Below, piece after piece: positions 42,647 through 61,662 of a stretch of DNA of 64,000 nt. Made by a program: the position numbers and the translations under genes. The notes beneath the pieces are model-generated. The model searched no databases. It was not told the DNA's origin and saw nothing but the letters and a program-made list of their open reading frames with translations. Each line of letters starts with the position of its first letter. Position 1 is the stretch's first letter. The DNA comes from Lobosporangium transversale (lineage: Eukaryota), in the NCBI RefSeq assembly GCF_002105155.1, contig NW_019028995.1, positions 372,001 through 436,000 on the forward strand, given 5' to 3'.

Positions 42647-43155
42647 TTCTCCGCTAAGGCTAAGATCGTGGGTGCACTACCCTAAGTCGCCTGGCTGGCC
42701 ACACGTCTTAGGTATATATTCCACCCCCCAGCCGAACCAGCGGTACATCTGGCAGCACATCCCCCCATCCACCCACTTGACTAGGACAGCGATGATCACA
42801 AAGTTTGACGGAGTCCAAAGTAGAAATTTCAGACCAATCCCGCAAGATTTGGGTCCACATGCCAGTGGATTTGATCGAATAGAAAAAAATTAAAAGTCGT
42901 CCTTAGCTAGAGTCGGCACGCCAGCCTCCGCGGCTTTTCACGGGCGCAACAGGCCACATCGGAAGGATGGACTTTGAGTACCGATCACGGTGTACATTGG
43001 TAGAGAAATCATGGATACGAATTGGCTCTTCACAGCCATACCGTGCGAACTTTGAGAGTTTCGCTTGTTTCATAGTTGAGGGCGATATCATTAATTTAGA
43101 GCGAGATTATGAATAAAATTCCTCACCTCTGTGGGTTCTTGTTAACACGAAAAAA
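42647..43155 (+). mobile_element. Body and tail of a second SINE copy
   Basis: Nearly identical to 31657-32175; ends GGGTTCTTGTTAACACG followed by an A-rich tail. Confidence 0.92.
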
Positions 43156-45682
43156 TAAATAAATAAATTAATATAATAAACGCCCTGTGCACTCTTTTTA
43201 CAGTAATGCCAAGGGTACTGCAGTCAGATGGCACCATGTCAAGAAGCTGCATGGTATACTACCTACCCCCAATGTCATGTAAGCTAGACAACTCCTTCTT
43301 TATCCAGATCGAGTTTGCTGTGTCTGTGCGGCTGTAGACCTTGGTGAGACCCACAGTAACATTTGGGAGGAGGCTCTGTCACGCATAGACCGCTGGGGCC
43401 ATGAAGCCACTACCGAATACAAGAAGGGCCACAAGAACATGAATCTGAGATAGGCCAGCCCAGATCGGGACGTAGATTTACAAGGATTCCCATCCATCAG
43501 TGGGGTGCGTGCGATTTTAAGCACAGACTGTTACGTACCGAGGTTTGGGAGTACACCTCAGGGGCCCTTCCATTTTTATTCATAAGGTCAGAGCATTGTA
43601 TAGCGGTCATGGCGGGACCTTAATAAAAAGCCCCCACTTGGCAACAATAATAAAAACAACTTCTTGATCTCCTTGAGTCAATGTTTCAGAAAATACTTCA
43701 TTTTTAAGGAAGTAGATAAGTTTAAGAGAAAGCAATATTTCCGAAAACATCAGCACATATATACATCCATCCAGCTTTTTCGGGCTATGACTCTTCCTCA
43801 GTTGAAAAGGCTGTCATCACTCAGGACAATCACTCTCGAGAGCAGGATTTAATTCTTAGATCCGATAATTCCTCAGAATCCAATGCTCTCACTCAGAGGG
43901 AGCTCACAGTCCACGACAGCTAGGTCAGTGTTGCATATTTCACAGTACACGGGTTACATAAAAATTAATATGTGTTTCATATACAAAATAATACACAAAT
44001 GACTGTATATCATAAAAACTCGCGCGGTACGAGCATAGAAGGGACGTGGTGATTATACACGTTTGCACCATGGCTACTCTATGTATGGTGCCCGTAGACA
44101 AACTTGTAGTTACATTTAGATACGATTTTGAATAAATAGCCCATGGATGTGATGTGTGTTCCCACATCTGATTCTCACTTACTTTTGTTCTGATTACTAC
44201 CTGTCTGTCTATAATTTTTCAGTCAGCATGAAAATCAAGCTGTCGCTGATGAAAATCCTGATTTGCGGGATAGAGTACAGGAAGTGCATAGGCTCATGGC
44301 CTTGATTGATATTTAAGGCCAGGGCTGTGACGGATTTTCGAGGATGTAGACATGGAGTTAGATCAAGATGATTTAGTTGTGGTACTAAGGAACAATGAAG
44401 TAAGACTGAAGACACTTCTTTCAGTCAGGCTGTTGCTTGCATCCAGGTATCACAAGGTAAGCAACATAATCAGGAGTGTCAACATAGACTTCAACCTCAA
44501 ATTCAATATGCTGACGAGGCTCTAGGGCAAGAAACAGGAAATTTGGGACAGTTTGGAGACTGATATCGTTTCACTAGTGGCAGAGACCAAGTACATGAAG
44601 CGTGATCTGGCCCTTCAGGACGGTGGTTCTAGACCAATTGGCCCACTTGAACCATCAGCGGTATCAAGGCCGTATGGACACGAGTTTTCACGTTAAGTGG
44701 AGTAGTTCTGAGTAAAGAATGCCTTTTAGTCTACCAGCATTTCAAGTTGTAGTATACTCCACTTGACTCAAAACCCAAAGAAGTAGACTATAGCCAGATC
44801 AGTGGCTCGAAATTCAAGGACCCTGCGGGAGGAAATGATGAAAGACTTGGCAAGGAAAGTCAGGTGCTTTCTTAAAACCTTCCAATCTTTTTATCGACGC
44901 AGCCTTTCAGGAATCCTCTTCCATAAGGTGGCCTGGATATACATATATGCTTATATCTTTAAGCAAGGTAGACAGGACAATGCTGAATTACGAAGAGTGA
45001 ATCCAAAAGTTCCCTCAATCTGAAATGACTTGGGATCGTGTCAAGGATTGTGATTACAGGATTCTAGAGTTTGACAAAATCCAACCCGATCTTATGATCG
45101 AGTAACTAGAGGTACGTCTCAAGAGCGGAGAGGCCATCCCTGGCTTCGCGGCACGGGTTTTACCGTTGATAGAGTCACCAGGCCGCATAGCATATTGCTT
45201 GTCAGATGTTGATTATCAGGCCATTAAATCTAAATACAAGTCCTTCCGGAACGTAGGTTCCATCATGAGATATTTGGAGTACCTCCAGTTGCTTCTAGGC
45301 GCGTGGCCAGGTGCAAAAATCAACCATAGTCTGAGAATAATCAAGAGGTCCGGTGGCGAACCTGCTGCCGACAAGATGTTTCAGCATGGAAAGATGGAAC
45401 AAGTCGAGAGACGAAGTTCTAAAAACAAGTGTGCTCACGTACATGGCTTAAGAGGCGATGACGGCAGCAAGAAGCAAAAGCTGTCATTCAAGCCATATAC
45501 TTATACCAAACTTTGTAAAGAGATACAGAAAAAACATGATCCTCGCCAATGCTGGTACAAAAAGATGGATGAAAAGGAGGATGTCTCGAAGAGCCGACCC
45601 AATCCAGGCAATGGTAACTTCAAAGTCATGAGTGAGGTAAATAGCTTCAACAAAACAGTTGGGGCTTTCTCTCGCATTATAG

Positions 45683-48037
45683 ATGACACTCATTTTAGCT
45701 GATTTTAGTGACAATAAAGACGAAAGTATGTTATTTTCAAAATATTCTTCATTTTCCAACCTTAATGGTAACGATGTGTATGCATCCAAAGGCCCTACAA
45801 AGGGTGACAATCGCATAGCCTTTCCTATTTATATCATGGGGCAACCATGTACAACCCTGCCAGATCAGGGTACTACTATATCTCTTATCGCATTAGATGT
45901 AGCAGGCAATTTCAATATTATATATGATGAATTGTCTAATTCGCCATGATCAGAAAGGGCATGGACACTGCAAGTGTCATTACGTGTGACAAAGTGGTTA
46001 TCATGTAATTGAGGATCAGCTATATATCATGGACATAGAGTACTACGATTTCATCATTGACATGAATCTTTTTAGCCGATTTAGTTTTGCTGTTACCGGA
46101 ATAGCTCAACCCCAAGCGATTTTAGGAGATTTTCCTTAGGTTCCAAATGATGAGAAATCCACTGTGATTTCTAAAGAAACATCACAATGGGCAATAGATG
46201 AATTTCTTAGATGCAATTGAGCCATGTCTCCAGGCAAATGCCTATGTCGACCCAATCTCATATTGTACAAACCTGGCTGTGTTATCTCAACCATTTCATG
46301 CACAGATTGAAGCCGGCAAAGCAGTGCAGAAATGGCGGGATCCAGGGGTTAATATACTTGATCCAAAGGATAATTCGTACAATAGCTCTCTTACGATGGC
46401 AGCTAGAAGGGATCTAGAAGGCAATATCATAAAGTATAGAGTATGTCTTGATCTAAAGACACTGAATAGGTAACTAATGGGTACTGACAACTTTCTTCTA
46501 CCTTTAGTCATTGAGGTTCAACAAAAGATAGCTGGTCATAAATACTTTTCTGCCATTGATCTTTCTCAGGCGTATCACCACATGCCTGTAGCTAAGCAGA
46601 GTCAGCCACTCACAGCTTTTACATACAATGACAAGCAATACCCTTAAACCTCTCACCAGCATCTCCCAGAGAGGATTGTCTCAACTATTAGTGATCATTA
46701 TTGTGGAGTCTATGTAGATGATATTATTATTTTCTCAAGAATAATAGATGAGCATCCTGTGCATGTCAAGATCATTTTAAGCAGACTGACCGAAGCAAAG
46801 CTCATCATTGATTGAGAAAAGAGTAAGTTCCTGAGTACAGAAGTGACGTTATTGAGTTTTTGTCTAATGAACATGGTAGGAGCGTCAACACAGAAAAAAT
46901 AGCCAATGTGCGAACATGGGTATATTCTAAAATAAGATGATTCAACGATATCTTGGTCCCTTCAATTATTTTAGAGAGTACATTCCTCTCTATAGCACTG
47001 TCACTGCCCCTCTCAATTAGCTGCGTAATGCAGGAGATACATTCAAGCTAAATGATCTACATAGAAGAAGCTTCGATGCAATAAGGAATCTCATTGCCAC
47101 CGCACCAGTATTATCATTTCCGGACTTCAAGGCACCATTCTATGTCGCAACAGATGCTCCTAATGCGGGCATTGATGCAGTTCTCTATCAGTTATCGATG
47201 GGGCGACAATTTCGCGTTAGTGCTGATAGACGCTTGTACAAGATTCGTCATCCTAGAGGCACTACCGAATGAGGAGCCCAGTACTGTTGCTGTACGACTG
47301 TTCTAATTATTTTACATGATTGGTTTCCCCAAGATCATCCATAGCGACAACGGCACTGAATTTATCAATGGTCTTTCCAAGCTCATGAATGAAAAGCTGA
47401 AGGTAGGTCACAAACTATCCACTCCATACCATCCCAGGTCAAATGATGTAGCAGAACGGCTTGTTCAAGCCCTCAAGGATAATAATATCCAGAAACAGCT
47501 TGAAGGTCACGATGAAGCGTGGGACAAATATCAGCCCATAATTCAACTTCAATTAGATGTCAAGGCCGCCAGTTTACATGGGTTTACTCCATTCTCCTTA
47601 TTTCATGGCAGATCCTTTGCGGGTTTTCGTCTGCTGAGTCTCATCCTTTGTCTGACGAGGAGCTTAATGAGCGATTGGATTATTTAACCAATTTGGTTTA
47701 TCCAGACATAGCTGAAAAGAGTGCAGACACACAACGTAAGATGATCTCTAAATTTAATCACACCCACCGATTTCCCTCTAGGGTCATTTGCTGTGACGAG
47801 GGATCCATCACGGAAGGCAAGCTTGCACCTAAATATCATGAACTATACAAAGTCATGGCCAGAGCAGAGAGCGGTAGCTATACTTTATTAGATGCCACTA
47901 ATAGTCAGCTATTACGCAACTATGCCCCTGAGCAACTCAAATTAGTCACACAGGCACTTGATGCTTCAAGTGATGAGTCCTTTGAAGTCGAATCTATCAT
48001 CGGGTCACAACTTCACACCAAGGGGAGTGAAAATTAG
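45683..48037 (+). mobile_element. Degenerate Ty3/gypsy LTR-retrotransposon pol (protease, RT, partial RNase H, integrase, start of chromodomain)
   Basis: Fragments YRVCLDLKTLN, FSAIDLSQAYH, VYVDDIIIFS, DFKAPFYVATDA, GFPKIIHSDNGTEF, STPYHPRSND, GKLAPKY, FEVESII, broken by stops and frameshifts; gag remains probably lie upstream (about 44.4-45.6 kb); LTRs not identified. Confidence 0.88.
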
Positions 48038-48231
48038 GAGTAAATGAATTCCATACTTAAAATATAAAAAGGATAGGAATTAGAGTCCTTAATTCCACTA
48101 TTGTGACTACCAGCTTGAAAATATATACAAACAAAGCTTTTTTTTTTTTTTTAACTACCTACATTCAGTTCATTTACTTTTCATTTTCTTTCTTACTCTC
48201 ATACTTCCTACTTTCATTTAATATACAATCC

Positions 48232-51065
48232 ATGGCTGTTGCTGAGAAACGAGTGCGTGGTTCACGTGGAAAGAAAAACAAAGGAGATAAGGATAAAGGC
48301 AAACCCAAGTATGAAGCCGAGTCAAATGATAATAAAAAGTTTCAGCGCGCACATCAAACTACCTACGATCGCAACGTGAAGGATGCTGAAAACAATGGCG
48401 GATCGATTCGTCCTGACCGTAAAGAACAGATCGACGCTGCTGCCATCTTTGGTTTCATTGATCCGGACGTTCAACAGTACTTTAAGGGCGTTGAGCAAAC
48501 CATAGACGAACTCAATTTTGAGACTGCACAGGGTAAATACATGAATAATTACTTTTCCATATTTTCTGTTGATTGAGAGACATTTGAAACTTTGCATTTA
48601 CCGACATTTTTGACTACTTGATGCCTATTATTCCTTTATATCATTGCAACACAGAGCAACAGCTTTTCTTGGAAAATGTATACACAGAAGTGCAAGGGAA
48701 GGAATTAGTCCTTGCGACCGACCATTCCTGCTCTTTGGTTCTTGAGAAATTATTAAGAGCATCAAACGACTTTCAACTTCGTGTGTTTTTCGACAAGTTT
48801 AATGGAAAGTATGTCTTTCAGACAAGAGAATCATGTACTACAGACGAATGTTTCAATTGACAGCATAGTGACCAACACCTACACTATTTACACTATAGCT
48901 TTTTGAAACTATTTACACACCGGTTCGCATCTCATGTTTGCCAGACACTAATCACATTGTGTGCAGATGCGGTTGAGAGAGAAGTCAAAAGCAATGATAT
49001 CAAATCTAAGGAAGAACACGAAGTGCCTCAGGAAGATGGCGTCTTGCTCAGCGCACAAGATATGATCTTAAATATGTGCACTCAGACTCAAGAAGAATTT
49101 ACTTCCTTGATTTCTGATCCGTTTGCCTCCCATATCATTCGTGTTATTCTTCATGTGCTTTCAGGACGTACTGTTGGTGACGATGGCACTGGAAAGGGCA
49201 ATATCAGGAGTAAGAAATCTGCAAAGTATAACGATGCTAACAATAGCAAGACTAATAATATGGGCGTGTTCCGGCCTACTCGTCTTGTCCCACCTTCGTT
49301 CAAGGAAATGTTACGTACTATTACTTCGACTATGATGAATGGGCTCAGCGATTCGGTTGTTCGCTCCCTTGCTGTCCATCAGGTGGCTAACCCTGTGTTA
49401 CAGCTGCTATTGGAGGTCCTCGCTAAAGACAATGAGATGGCAAAGGATCAGCTTGTAGACAAGTTGCTAATAGATATCACTCACGAAGAGGAATCTGGGC
49501 ACAAAAATGACGATCGTGATGCCTATGTTGAAACTTTGCTTAGAGACCAAGTCGGATCCCATCTGCTGGAGAAGATCGTACAAGTCGCTTCACCAACGTT
49601 GTTCCAAAAATTCTATATATTATACTTTCGCGGTCGTTTAGTTAAGCTCTCTTTTCATCCTATAGCCAACTATGTAATTCAGCAGCTCTTCGTTCATGCT
49701 AAGACGTCGATTCAGCTAGAGATGATGGTCGAGGAGGTACTGCCAGAGTTCGAAAGCTTTTTGAAATATGGTCGTCCAGGCGTCATTCGAGCAGTTGTTG
49801 AGGCGTGTAAAAACGTGGGTGCGTGCCATAAGGAGGTGATCAAGGGGCTCTGCACTGCCTTTCATACCAACACACCAGTGGAGCGTAAAGAATTTATCCA
49901 TGTAGTCCTGCATATGGAGACTTATGAGGCACTGATGGAGCGTCGGAAACAACAGGAGTCGATCAAGCCTAAGTTCCATCCCCAAGGCGCCGTTGTTTTA
50001 CAGCTCCTACTCCAGTACCCAGAGGAACATAGCAAAATTGTAGTTGATAGCTATTTTGCTCAAAAGGACGACTTGATGTATGCATGGACCATGGATCCCG
50101 TAGGCTCGCACGTCATTGAGGCGTTCCTGACGTCACCTACATTGAATCTCAAAATCAAAAGAAAGATTTTGAAGTCATTCTTGGGTAAATACCATTCTAT
50201 GGCTTTGGATCGGTATGGTGGCCATACAGTTGACAAATGCTGGGCAGTTTCAGACATAGATATGAAAGAGAAGATTGCCACCGAGTTGCTGGAGCACGAG
50301 CTAGAACTATCGCAGAGCTTTCATGGGAAATTCATCCTTCGCAACTGCAAGATCGACCAGTTCAAGCGCAAGAAGGAGGAGTGGTTGGAACGAGAGAAGG
50401 GTATTGAACGCAAAAGGGATATGTTCAAGGATATCCTCGGAGATGCTGTGTTGGCGACTGTTCAGGGTAAGCAAACTGCTGCGGGCAGTTCAACTGCAGA
50501 GCTTCCTGCACCTAATCCAAAGATGGCGGATCTTGGTTTCGGAGGCGGCATTGCTGGGGTCAAGACTGTAACTGAGAAGAAGAAAAAGAAATCTAAGAAG
50601 AGTTCTGAAGACCCCAATAAGGTAATATGTCACATTGCATTGTCGCCATCTTTTTTTTTTTTTTTTTTTTTTTAAAAAAAAAATATTAAGTAATTTCCCA
50701 CCAATTTATAGTTACTAATTGAGGATGATGAAGAGAATCCGCTAAAGGAGAAGTACAAGTCGGATGAAATTGACAAGTTGTTCAAGAAACGATTGCATAA
50801 CGAGAATGCCGCCAAAAAGAGTAAAGACGACAATCAAGATACTGATATGATCACAATATCCGAGAATGAAGAGACAAAGTCGGAAGATGAAGAAGTGGAG
50901 GCTCCAAAAAAGAAGAAGAAGGTGTCTAAGGATCTCGGGTCAGTTTTGGATGCCATCGATGCAACCAAAAAGAAGAAATCCAAGAAATCCAAGTCTGACG
51001 ATGGTGGGCGTAAAAAGAATAGCAAGCAAGACAAGGACAGCAAGAAGCGCAAGTTCATGTCCTGA
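48232..51065 (+). CDS. NOP9: Nucleolar protein 9 (Pumilio-repeat 18S rRNA maturation factor), 4 exons
   Basis: FGFIDPDVQQYF, GKELVLATDHSCSLVLEKL, HRFASHVCQTL, DPFASHIIR, DQVGSHLLE, HPIANYVIQ, DPVGSHVIE repeats; Lys-rich tail; GT-AG introns. Confidence 0.92.
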
Positions 51066-52139
51066 GGAGGTTCAACCTTATTAATATTTCCCCCTTCTAT
51101 ATCGTGTAATATTTAGCATTCCTGAACCAAAGTAATATATACAAAAAAATGGAAATATCTCAATGTAGACATTTCTCGGATATTTATGTAGTATTGTCGT
51201 TATAATAACTAGAAGTTGTAGACCTTTGTAATAAAATGCAGAGAGCTGTTCATGACAATTTTTCTTTGATATCCTCTGAAGTAGATGTCTCATGTTCTTT
51301 TGACACAGTAATTGCTGTCTTCTCTCTGCTAGGCAGCCATTTGATGGGGTTCCTGTTGAGATATGGCCAGGCAGGAATCACGAGCTACAAAATGAAATGA
51401 TTAAAGTTTAACATCTAAAAGGTTTATGGAGTTTCAAAGCTTGTGTATTTGCATCGTCTCCTACCAAAGCGGTCAGAATCACGCCCGCAGAAAAAATGTA
51501 CAGCGACACGCGAATATCCTGAAGCAAAATACCGACTATGAACCCGATTGCCTAATTAGTGGTGTGGAGGATATTTTATTCTTATTAAAGAGGGACCGAA
51601 AAAGCTAATGGTATCGTGTTAGCGATTTCCAGTCTCTTTTAGTCTTCCGTATTAGACTTACACCAAATGCTGAGATGACACCCTGGGTGATTTGTTCCGC
51701 AAGGTTTTGACCTTGAAAATCCTTTTTTTAAAAAAAAGTTTTGTTAATAGATTACGAGGACAAACCAATAAAATAACAAAAAATAATAAAAAATAAGACA
51801 TAAAATGGTTCTTTATTATAAAAAAATGGAAAGATCTTTCTTTAGCTTTTTTAATGACATACAATATGATATTCGATCATGGTAATGGAAGAAGTGTAGG
51901 GAATGAAGTGATGACCTGAAGCAACATGAACATGAGTACAGATACAACTCAAATTCCGCTAAAATTACGTTTCTAATTGCCGGCTTTATATCCTAACTAA
52001 TCGTAATTTTAGCTACTGTTGTGCTATTCGAATATCATTTCACGCTGTTCCTTTCGCACCCGCCTGGCATCCATTCTCTTGCTCATTACCAGCTCACTTA
52101 CTCGCTCACTTACTCGCTCACTTGCTCTCTCGCCAACAT

Positions 52140-52200
52140 ACACATTCACTCATTCACTCATTCACTCATTCACTCATTCACTCATTCACTCATTCACTTG
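52140..52200. repeat. (TCAT/TCAC)n-type microsatellite followed by a CT-rich tract
   Basis: cattcactcattcactcatt... upstream of the kinesin gene. Confidence 0.85.
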
Positions 52201-52483
52201 CTCTTTATTAAGCTTGCATTCGGCTCTGTCTTTTTTTTTTTATTCTTTTTTTTTTTTCTCCATTCTCTTTGCATCTTTCTCTCCTTCTTTCTCTCACTCT
52301 CACTCTCTCTTCTCTATCTCTTCTCTCTCTCTCTTTCTCTTTCTCTTCCCTTCTCTGTCTCTCTTTTACTTTGTGCTTTACGCTGGTTTTCTTATAGACT
52401 ACTTTTTTTTTTTTTTTTAATATTACCTCAAACGTCCTATCTGTTTATTCTCCATTACTCTCCGTTTAAGCTCAAACTTAGTC

Positions 52484-56477
<3,994 letters not shown>

Positions 56478-58976
56478 GTTTAATGCAGGTAATATGCAAG
56501 GCAAAATGGTTTTGTATTACCAAATCATAAATCCTATAAAACAATAAAACGTAATAAAAATTGACCATTTGAATACAAGAAGGTTTTGAAGCATATGCCT
56601 TAAACCGTTAAGTGGGCAGATTTACTTGTGTAGGTAGGAGGATTCATTTTCATCAAGCCCACCAGATAAGCAGCGTAGAAAACCGCCGGTTATTGGCTTC
56701 TGACTGCCTTGTACAACGCCACTGATGCTCTAATGCATAGTAACACTGCCAGTATTCGACCTATTCAATACCTTTTTTTTTTTTTTTTTTTTTTTTTAGA
56801 TGGATGCGTTCGCATTTCCAAGTAAAATCAGCAAAATCACTATATCAGTGATAACAGAACGATGTACAGCATCCATCTTTCACTTGCCCCCACTTCTCTG
56901 CGCATCTACTAATCTTCATCTTCTCGCTTCCGTCTCCTGTAAATAAACATAGAAGCAAGTGCTTCCTTTTTCAACTTTTTTTTTTTTTTTTTTTTATTTT
57001 TTTTTATTTTTAATTACAGCATGGGCTTATCAGGATTTTTTAAAAGACTCTCCGATTGAGACCTTCCGCAAGCGCTATGGACACCCAGTGAAGAAGAAAT
57101 GAGATTCCATGGACTGCGGCAAACGACATAAACAAAACACGTGGTTGCACCTGAGGATGCAGTGGATTATATGAAAAAAAAAGGGAGTGGCACTTGGACA
57201 ATCCGCTCTGTTGTGTGTCGTATCTACCAGGGCTTGAGAGTATCTATGCTCTTATTCGAGGCAACAACGGGTAGCTGTTTGAGGGACTTGGGCCGTTGCT
57301 CACAACCTGCAGGCGCGACAGGATCAGATGCGTGCAATGGGTATTCAGAGGCCCTCATGCAGAAAGTCATTATCACGGACAATTCGCCTACGCTAATACC
57401 GCAACGCCCATACGGTTTCTATCACACCAACGAAACTCGTTCTCAGTTATTGAAGAAATGAAGCCTTGTAAATGCAGAAACCCATCCTCCTAACGTTTCC
57501 TGCTACTCTTTGTAATGAGCGACAACGACCATAGTAGCAATATTCGAGGCGGTGCTCTCACTAGAAACCGTGAGACTATTCGCAAAGCCCTCTAGTTATA
57601 TCAAGGCTACGCTAGAGGGCTATCGGCATCGTATGCAAAGTACAATGTATCGGACAAGGTCTTGAGGCTCGTTCTTGCTCTGCGAATGAGTTGCTTTCTG
57701 AGATTTGTAGTCAAAGAGCTCAAAAAGGTTTTTTACCATTGTTGCCAGGTAGCAGTGTTTATTAAGGCCGCTATCACCGTCGCACAACGTTCCGACCTTA
57801 CGAATAAAAATGGAGGTGCTCCTGAAGTGCACTCCTAAGCCTCGGTATATACTTCGCATGTAGTGAGATAACTGCGATAAAAACGCTCATTTCAAATTCC
57901 ACGTTTGAGTTATTCATTATAGGTATTGATGATGCTAAAGCCTGTTGCCACAGCGCGGCGATAAGTAAGCGCAAGAATCGTGGCAGCTAGTATACTGAGC
58001 GATCACAACTATGAATGTGTACACGATGATAACCAAATAGCCATCTTTGATATCTAAACAGAGGGCGGAGCCGCTCGCGATATCCCACGGGGGTAAAAAC
58101 GAATAGGTTCTAGCAGCTTGTAACAGAAGAGAGATGCTCTATGGCCACGAGAGAGCTGATGCTACACAAAATCATCGCTGAACCATCGCATTGCCGCCAT
58201 TACCCCACCAAAGAGTGTACCGAAAAGAAAACGCGCTAAAAAGAAGGCTGCCAGGGCCAATTAGAAAGAACCGGACCATATAAGGATGAAACTCGAGTAG
58301 AAGAACAGAAGAAGCGTCCAAAGGTAATCTTAAGGAGGCCATAGGAGCTGATCAGCAATTCAAAGCCGCGCATCCCGCCGATAGCATCGGTAAGGAGTGC
58401 CCTGTACATATGTAATCTCAAATGCAACTCAAAGAGTTCAAGCCCATTGCAGCAACCAGGTTGTGAAGGGCTTCCTCAGTAGTGCCTGAAAGCACCCAAG
58501 GCAGCAGTGGCCGAAGACATTGGCCTTCCCCTCACAAGTTATAAGTGAGACAAAAATGGCTTTCATATTCTCGACGTGCTACAGTGCCCATTCTTCAACT
58601 AATGAGTTTTTGTTAATAATTGACCATCCTTACACGCTACATTATACTGCGGCTTTCCTCATATAGTTGAACTTTTACAGCACCTATGAAGCACCTCGTC
58701 AATCCTGTAGAAAACAATCCTGATGTTTATGGCACAGTCATGGCTAGACTTGAAGAAGCTATTGTGGTAGAGAAAGGCAATGATATCCAGTGGTATGATA
58801 ACCAGGGTGCTAATGGCAAATCGAGCGGCTCGAATTTTAATTGGTTTCCTCAATTACAGTAATATTGTTAATTAAACCCTTTATATTTGAAAGGACAATC
58901 CTGTGGCGTGTTTTTTGGTAAAAGGTTTTGATTCCTGGTTTGGTAGCAACCAAGAAAACGGAATCTACGCATTGCC

Positions 58977-60501
58977 ATGGACACACACAGCTCGACTACT
59001 GGGCCAGGACTCAACACTTCATCTAGCTCATCATTCCAGCATGAGGGCGTGCATGGCTCTTCTGGTCTTCAACGAAGATCAAAGCCGACATCCTATTTTG
59101 CACACCAGTATAACCAGCACACTTTGTCATATGTGCAGAATCCTAGCTTGAACTTGGTTTCTAATCGATCCACAGCCTTTGTCCAATGGGATGACTCGGA
59201 GTTCCCTAACTCTATGGAGGCCGCTAGGTAAAGAAAATTGTAGCTAGCTTCTACTGCTGACATTTTGGGGGCATATCCGGACGGTGTTCTAAAATAACAT
59301 CAGAACATCCATGGATTCATTTGATCCGCGCAGATATCCAGTCAGCAAAAGAGCCTTAATATCCATTATTATTTCGTATCAAATATCTCTTCGATAGTAT
59401 GAAACGGACAGCATCATATAGTAGCTTCTTATCTAAAAAACCAGGTCCTATGTTTAAATCCACATTTCAGCACACGCGGGCATTGAGTGGACAGATTCAG
59501 TAAGTGCTCTTTTGTCATCCAATGCTCCCTTTATTTATCAGAGCATCACAGCTGACTGTTTTAATATATTATACCGATATTGTAAAGACCACCTGATGTG
59601 TATTCTGCCCCACCAGATGATTCACTGCCAACAACTCTTACGAAGACTCCAACGTATGAGTATTATGGATTTGTATTATACTTAGTTTCCGCAATTACCT
59701 ATGGTAATAAGTGATCTCGTGATATTGATATGTTAGATATGGTAGTTTGAGGCATTCATTAATTGACACGGGTCTCCACTTCTCGAGCTCCCTATATCAT
59801 TATTTCTAAGATTTCTTATTTCTTTTTGTCATTGCTGTCATTGTGTTATAGCAATGTATTTGGGTTGGGCATACTTGCCAAAAGAAGTCTTAGATTCAAT
59901 GGGTATAACATATTACCCCAGCAAGTAGGTTACATAGGAGTTTCTGTCTAAAGTGAAAAAATCGATACTCAATCATGTCAGTAGGTGCATACTGCTCACT
60001 AACATTTTTGAGCTACCGCTAGGTATTGGTCATTAGCACTTCCCATTTGGTTGTTTGTACTGATTATATATCTTTACATAGCCTTCTTTGCGATCAACCT
60101 ATACAATACAGCGCCATTTGATTCATTTAATACTATCACAGGTGCGTAGGTTTTCTAATGATCAGTTTTGATCTGTATTTTTTTTTTTTTTATTAATTAT
60201 TGGTATTTGCAAAATATTCTTATTATTGCTACTCTACTATATAAATACGCATATTCCTTTAGATGAACATGCAAATCAATTCCAGACCATGAACGCTGCG
60301 TCCTCGTTGACTGACGATTTTGTGCCAGATTTAATGGATATACCTATTGGAATGGTTAATGCATGCCTATACCAACACATCGAGGGTATCTCGGATGAAG
60401 AGGAGGATGGTGAAGCGGATGATGTCGACGAATGTGAATATGAAGAGTCCTACTTTGATGATACAAACTTAAGTGACTGGGATGATCCTTCCGAGATGTG
60501 A
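58977..60501 (+). CDS. GPI19: GPI-GlcNAc transferase subunit P (PIG-P), 5 exons
   Basis: Spliced translation PTYEYYGFVLYLVSAITY / MYLGWAYLPKEVLDSMGITYYPS / YWSLALPIWLF...NTAPFDSFNTIT / DEHA...LMDIPIGMVNACLY; first exon less certain. Confidence 0.88.
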
Positions 60502-61385
60502 ACCATTCTTAGTTACAAAGCGCTTATCACGTGAGTCGTGGGAATTTTACACCTGATCTTTTTTTTTTTTTTGATCATTCCATTCATTCAATTGTAATTT
60601 ATTTCCCTTCTCCATATCTTTTTACTTTATTCCATAATTATGCCCACCTTAAAGCATGTCCAGAAGGTTTGGTAAGCATAAAAACTAGGAGTTTTTCTAA
60701 AAAATAGACAAATAGGTAACATCTAGATTGGTATAAATATATTATACTGAATAATAACCAATACTTAATTTCAGGACCAATTTTCTGAAAAAAGAGGGCT
60801 TCGAAGCCCACACGCTTTCTAGCGTAAGTCTCATGCTTCAGCAAAAAAAGAATGAAACAAAGCCCCCTTGGTAATGGTTTATTTAGTAGTTGGCATGTAA
60901 GCCTGATTCTTATGTGAGTAACATGTTTGGTTTTAATTTGGTGATGATCCTTGTAGCTCAGATTGATCTCCGCATCGAAAGGGACCTGTGTAGCAGAGCT
61001 CAACGTTGCTTCTCAACACCTGGTAAGAGACACATAAAAGTTTTTCATCTATTCAAAGGGGTTTACTCATTGGCCATTGCACTTCTCAATCTTTAGAACC
61101 GACTCGGTGGTTGTCACGGCGGTCTCCTCAGCACCATCGTTGATGTGGGGGGTTCACTAGCCATTGCTGCAAGTGATATGCACGCTACCGGTATTTCTAC
61201 AGGTGTGATATCCTGTTTTGTGGTTAAAATGAAACGCGGTAGCATGCTTGGAAATAATGCTTAATGACTAACAAATGCTTGGGTTCCAATGTAGATCTCA
61301 ATGTTTCATTCGTTTCCGGTGCCAAGCTTGGGGATACTTTGTCCATTGTAAATTGACGTATCGCCATGCTTGTTGATATTTGTCC

Positions 61386-61417
<32 letters not shown>

Positions 61418-61662
61418 TTCACACATACATATATTATATTTAATCGATTTTATAGATTTCTCGATGTCACAAAGTTGGAGGTTCTCTTGCGTACACAGAT
61501 GTAGAGATCACAGTGGATGAAAAGGTTATTGCCCTTGGTCGCCACACCAAGTTCGTGCGAATCGCCCATAAAGCCAATGCGCAGAAGAAAATGGATGGCG
61601 AGGAATGAGAATATTAAAAACGCTCTGGGACCAGAGTGTTTTGGAGTCCAATATGATCCATT

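Noticed and set aside
43529..44100. 5' LTR of the gypsy element (TGTTAC start)
   Set aside because: No second LTR copy, primer-binding site or TSD could be identified.
57021..58560. Possible decayed XPG/PIN-nuclease or TnpB/Fanzor-like gene (MGLSGFFKRL start, GIDD)
   Set aside because: Frames are short and no convincing catalytic motif set can be assembled by eye; a frameshift-aware HMM search would be needed.
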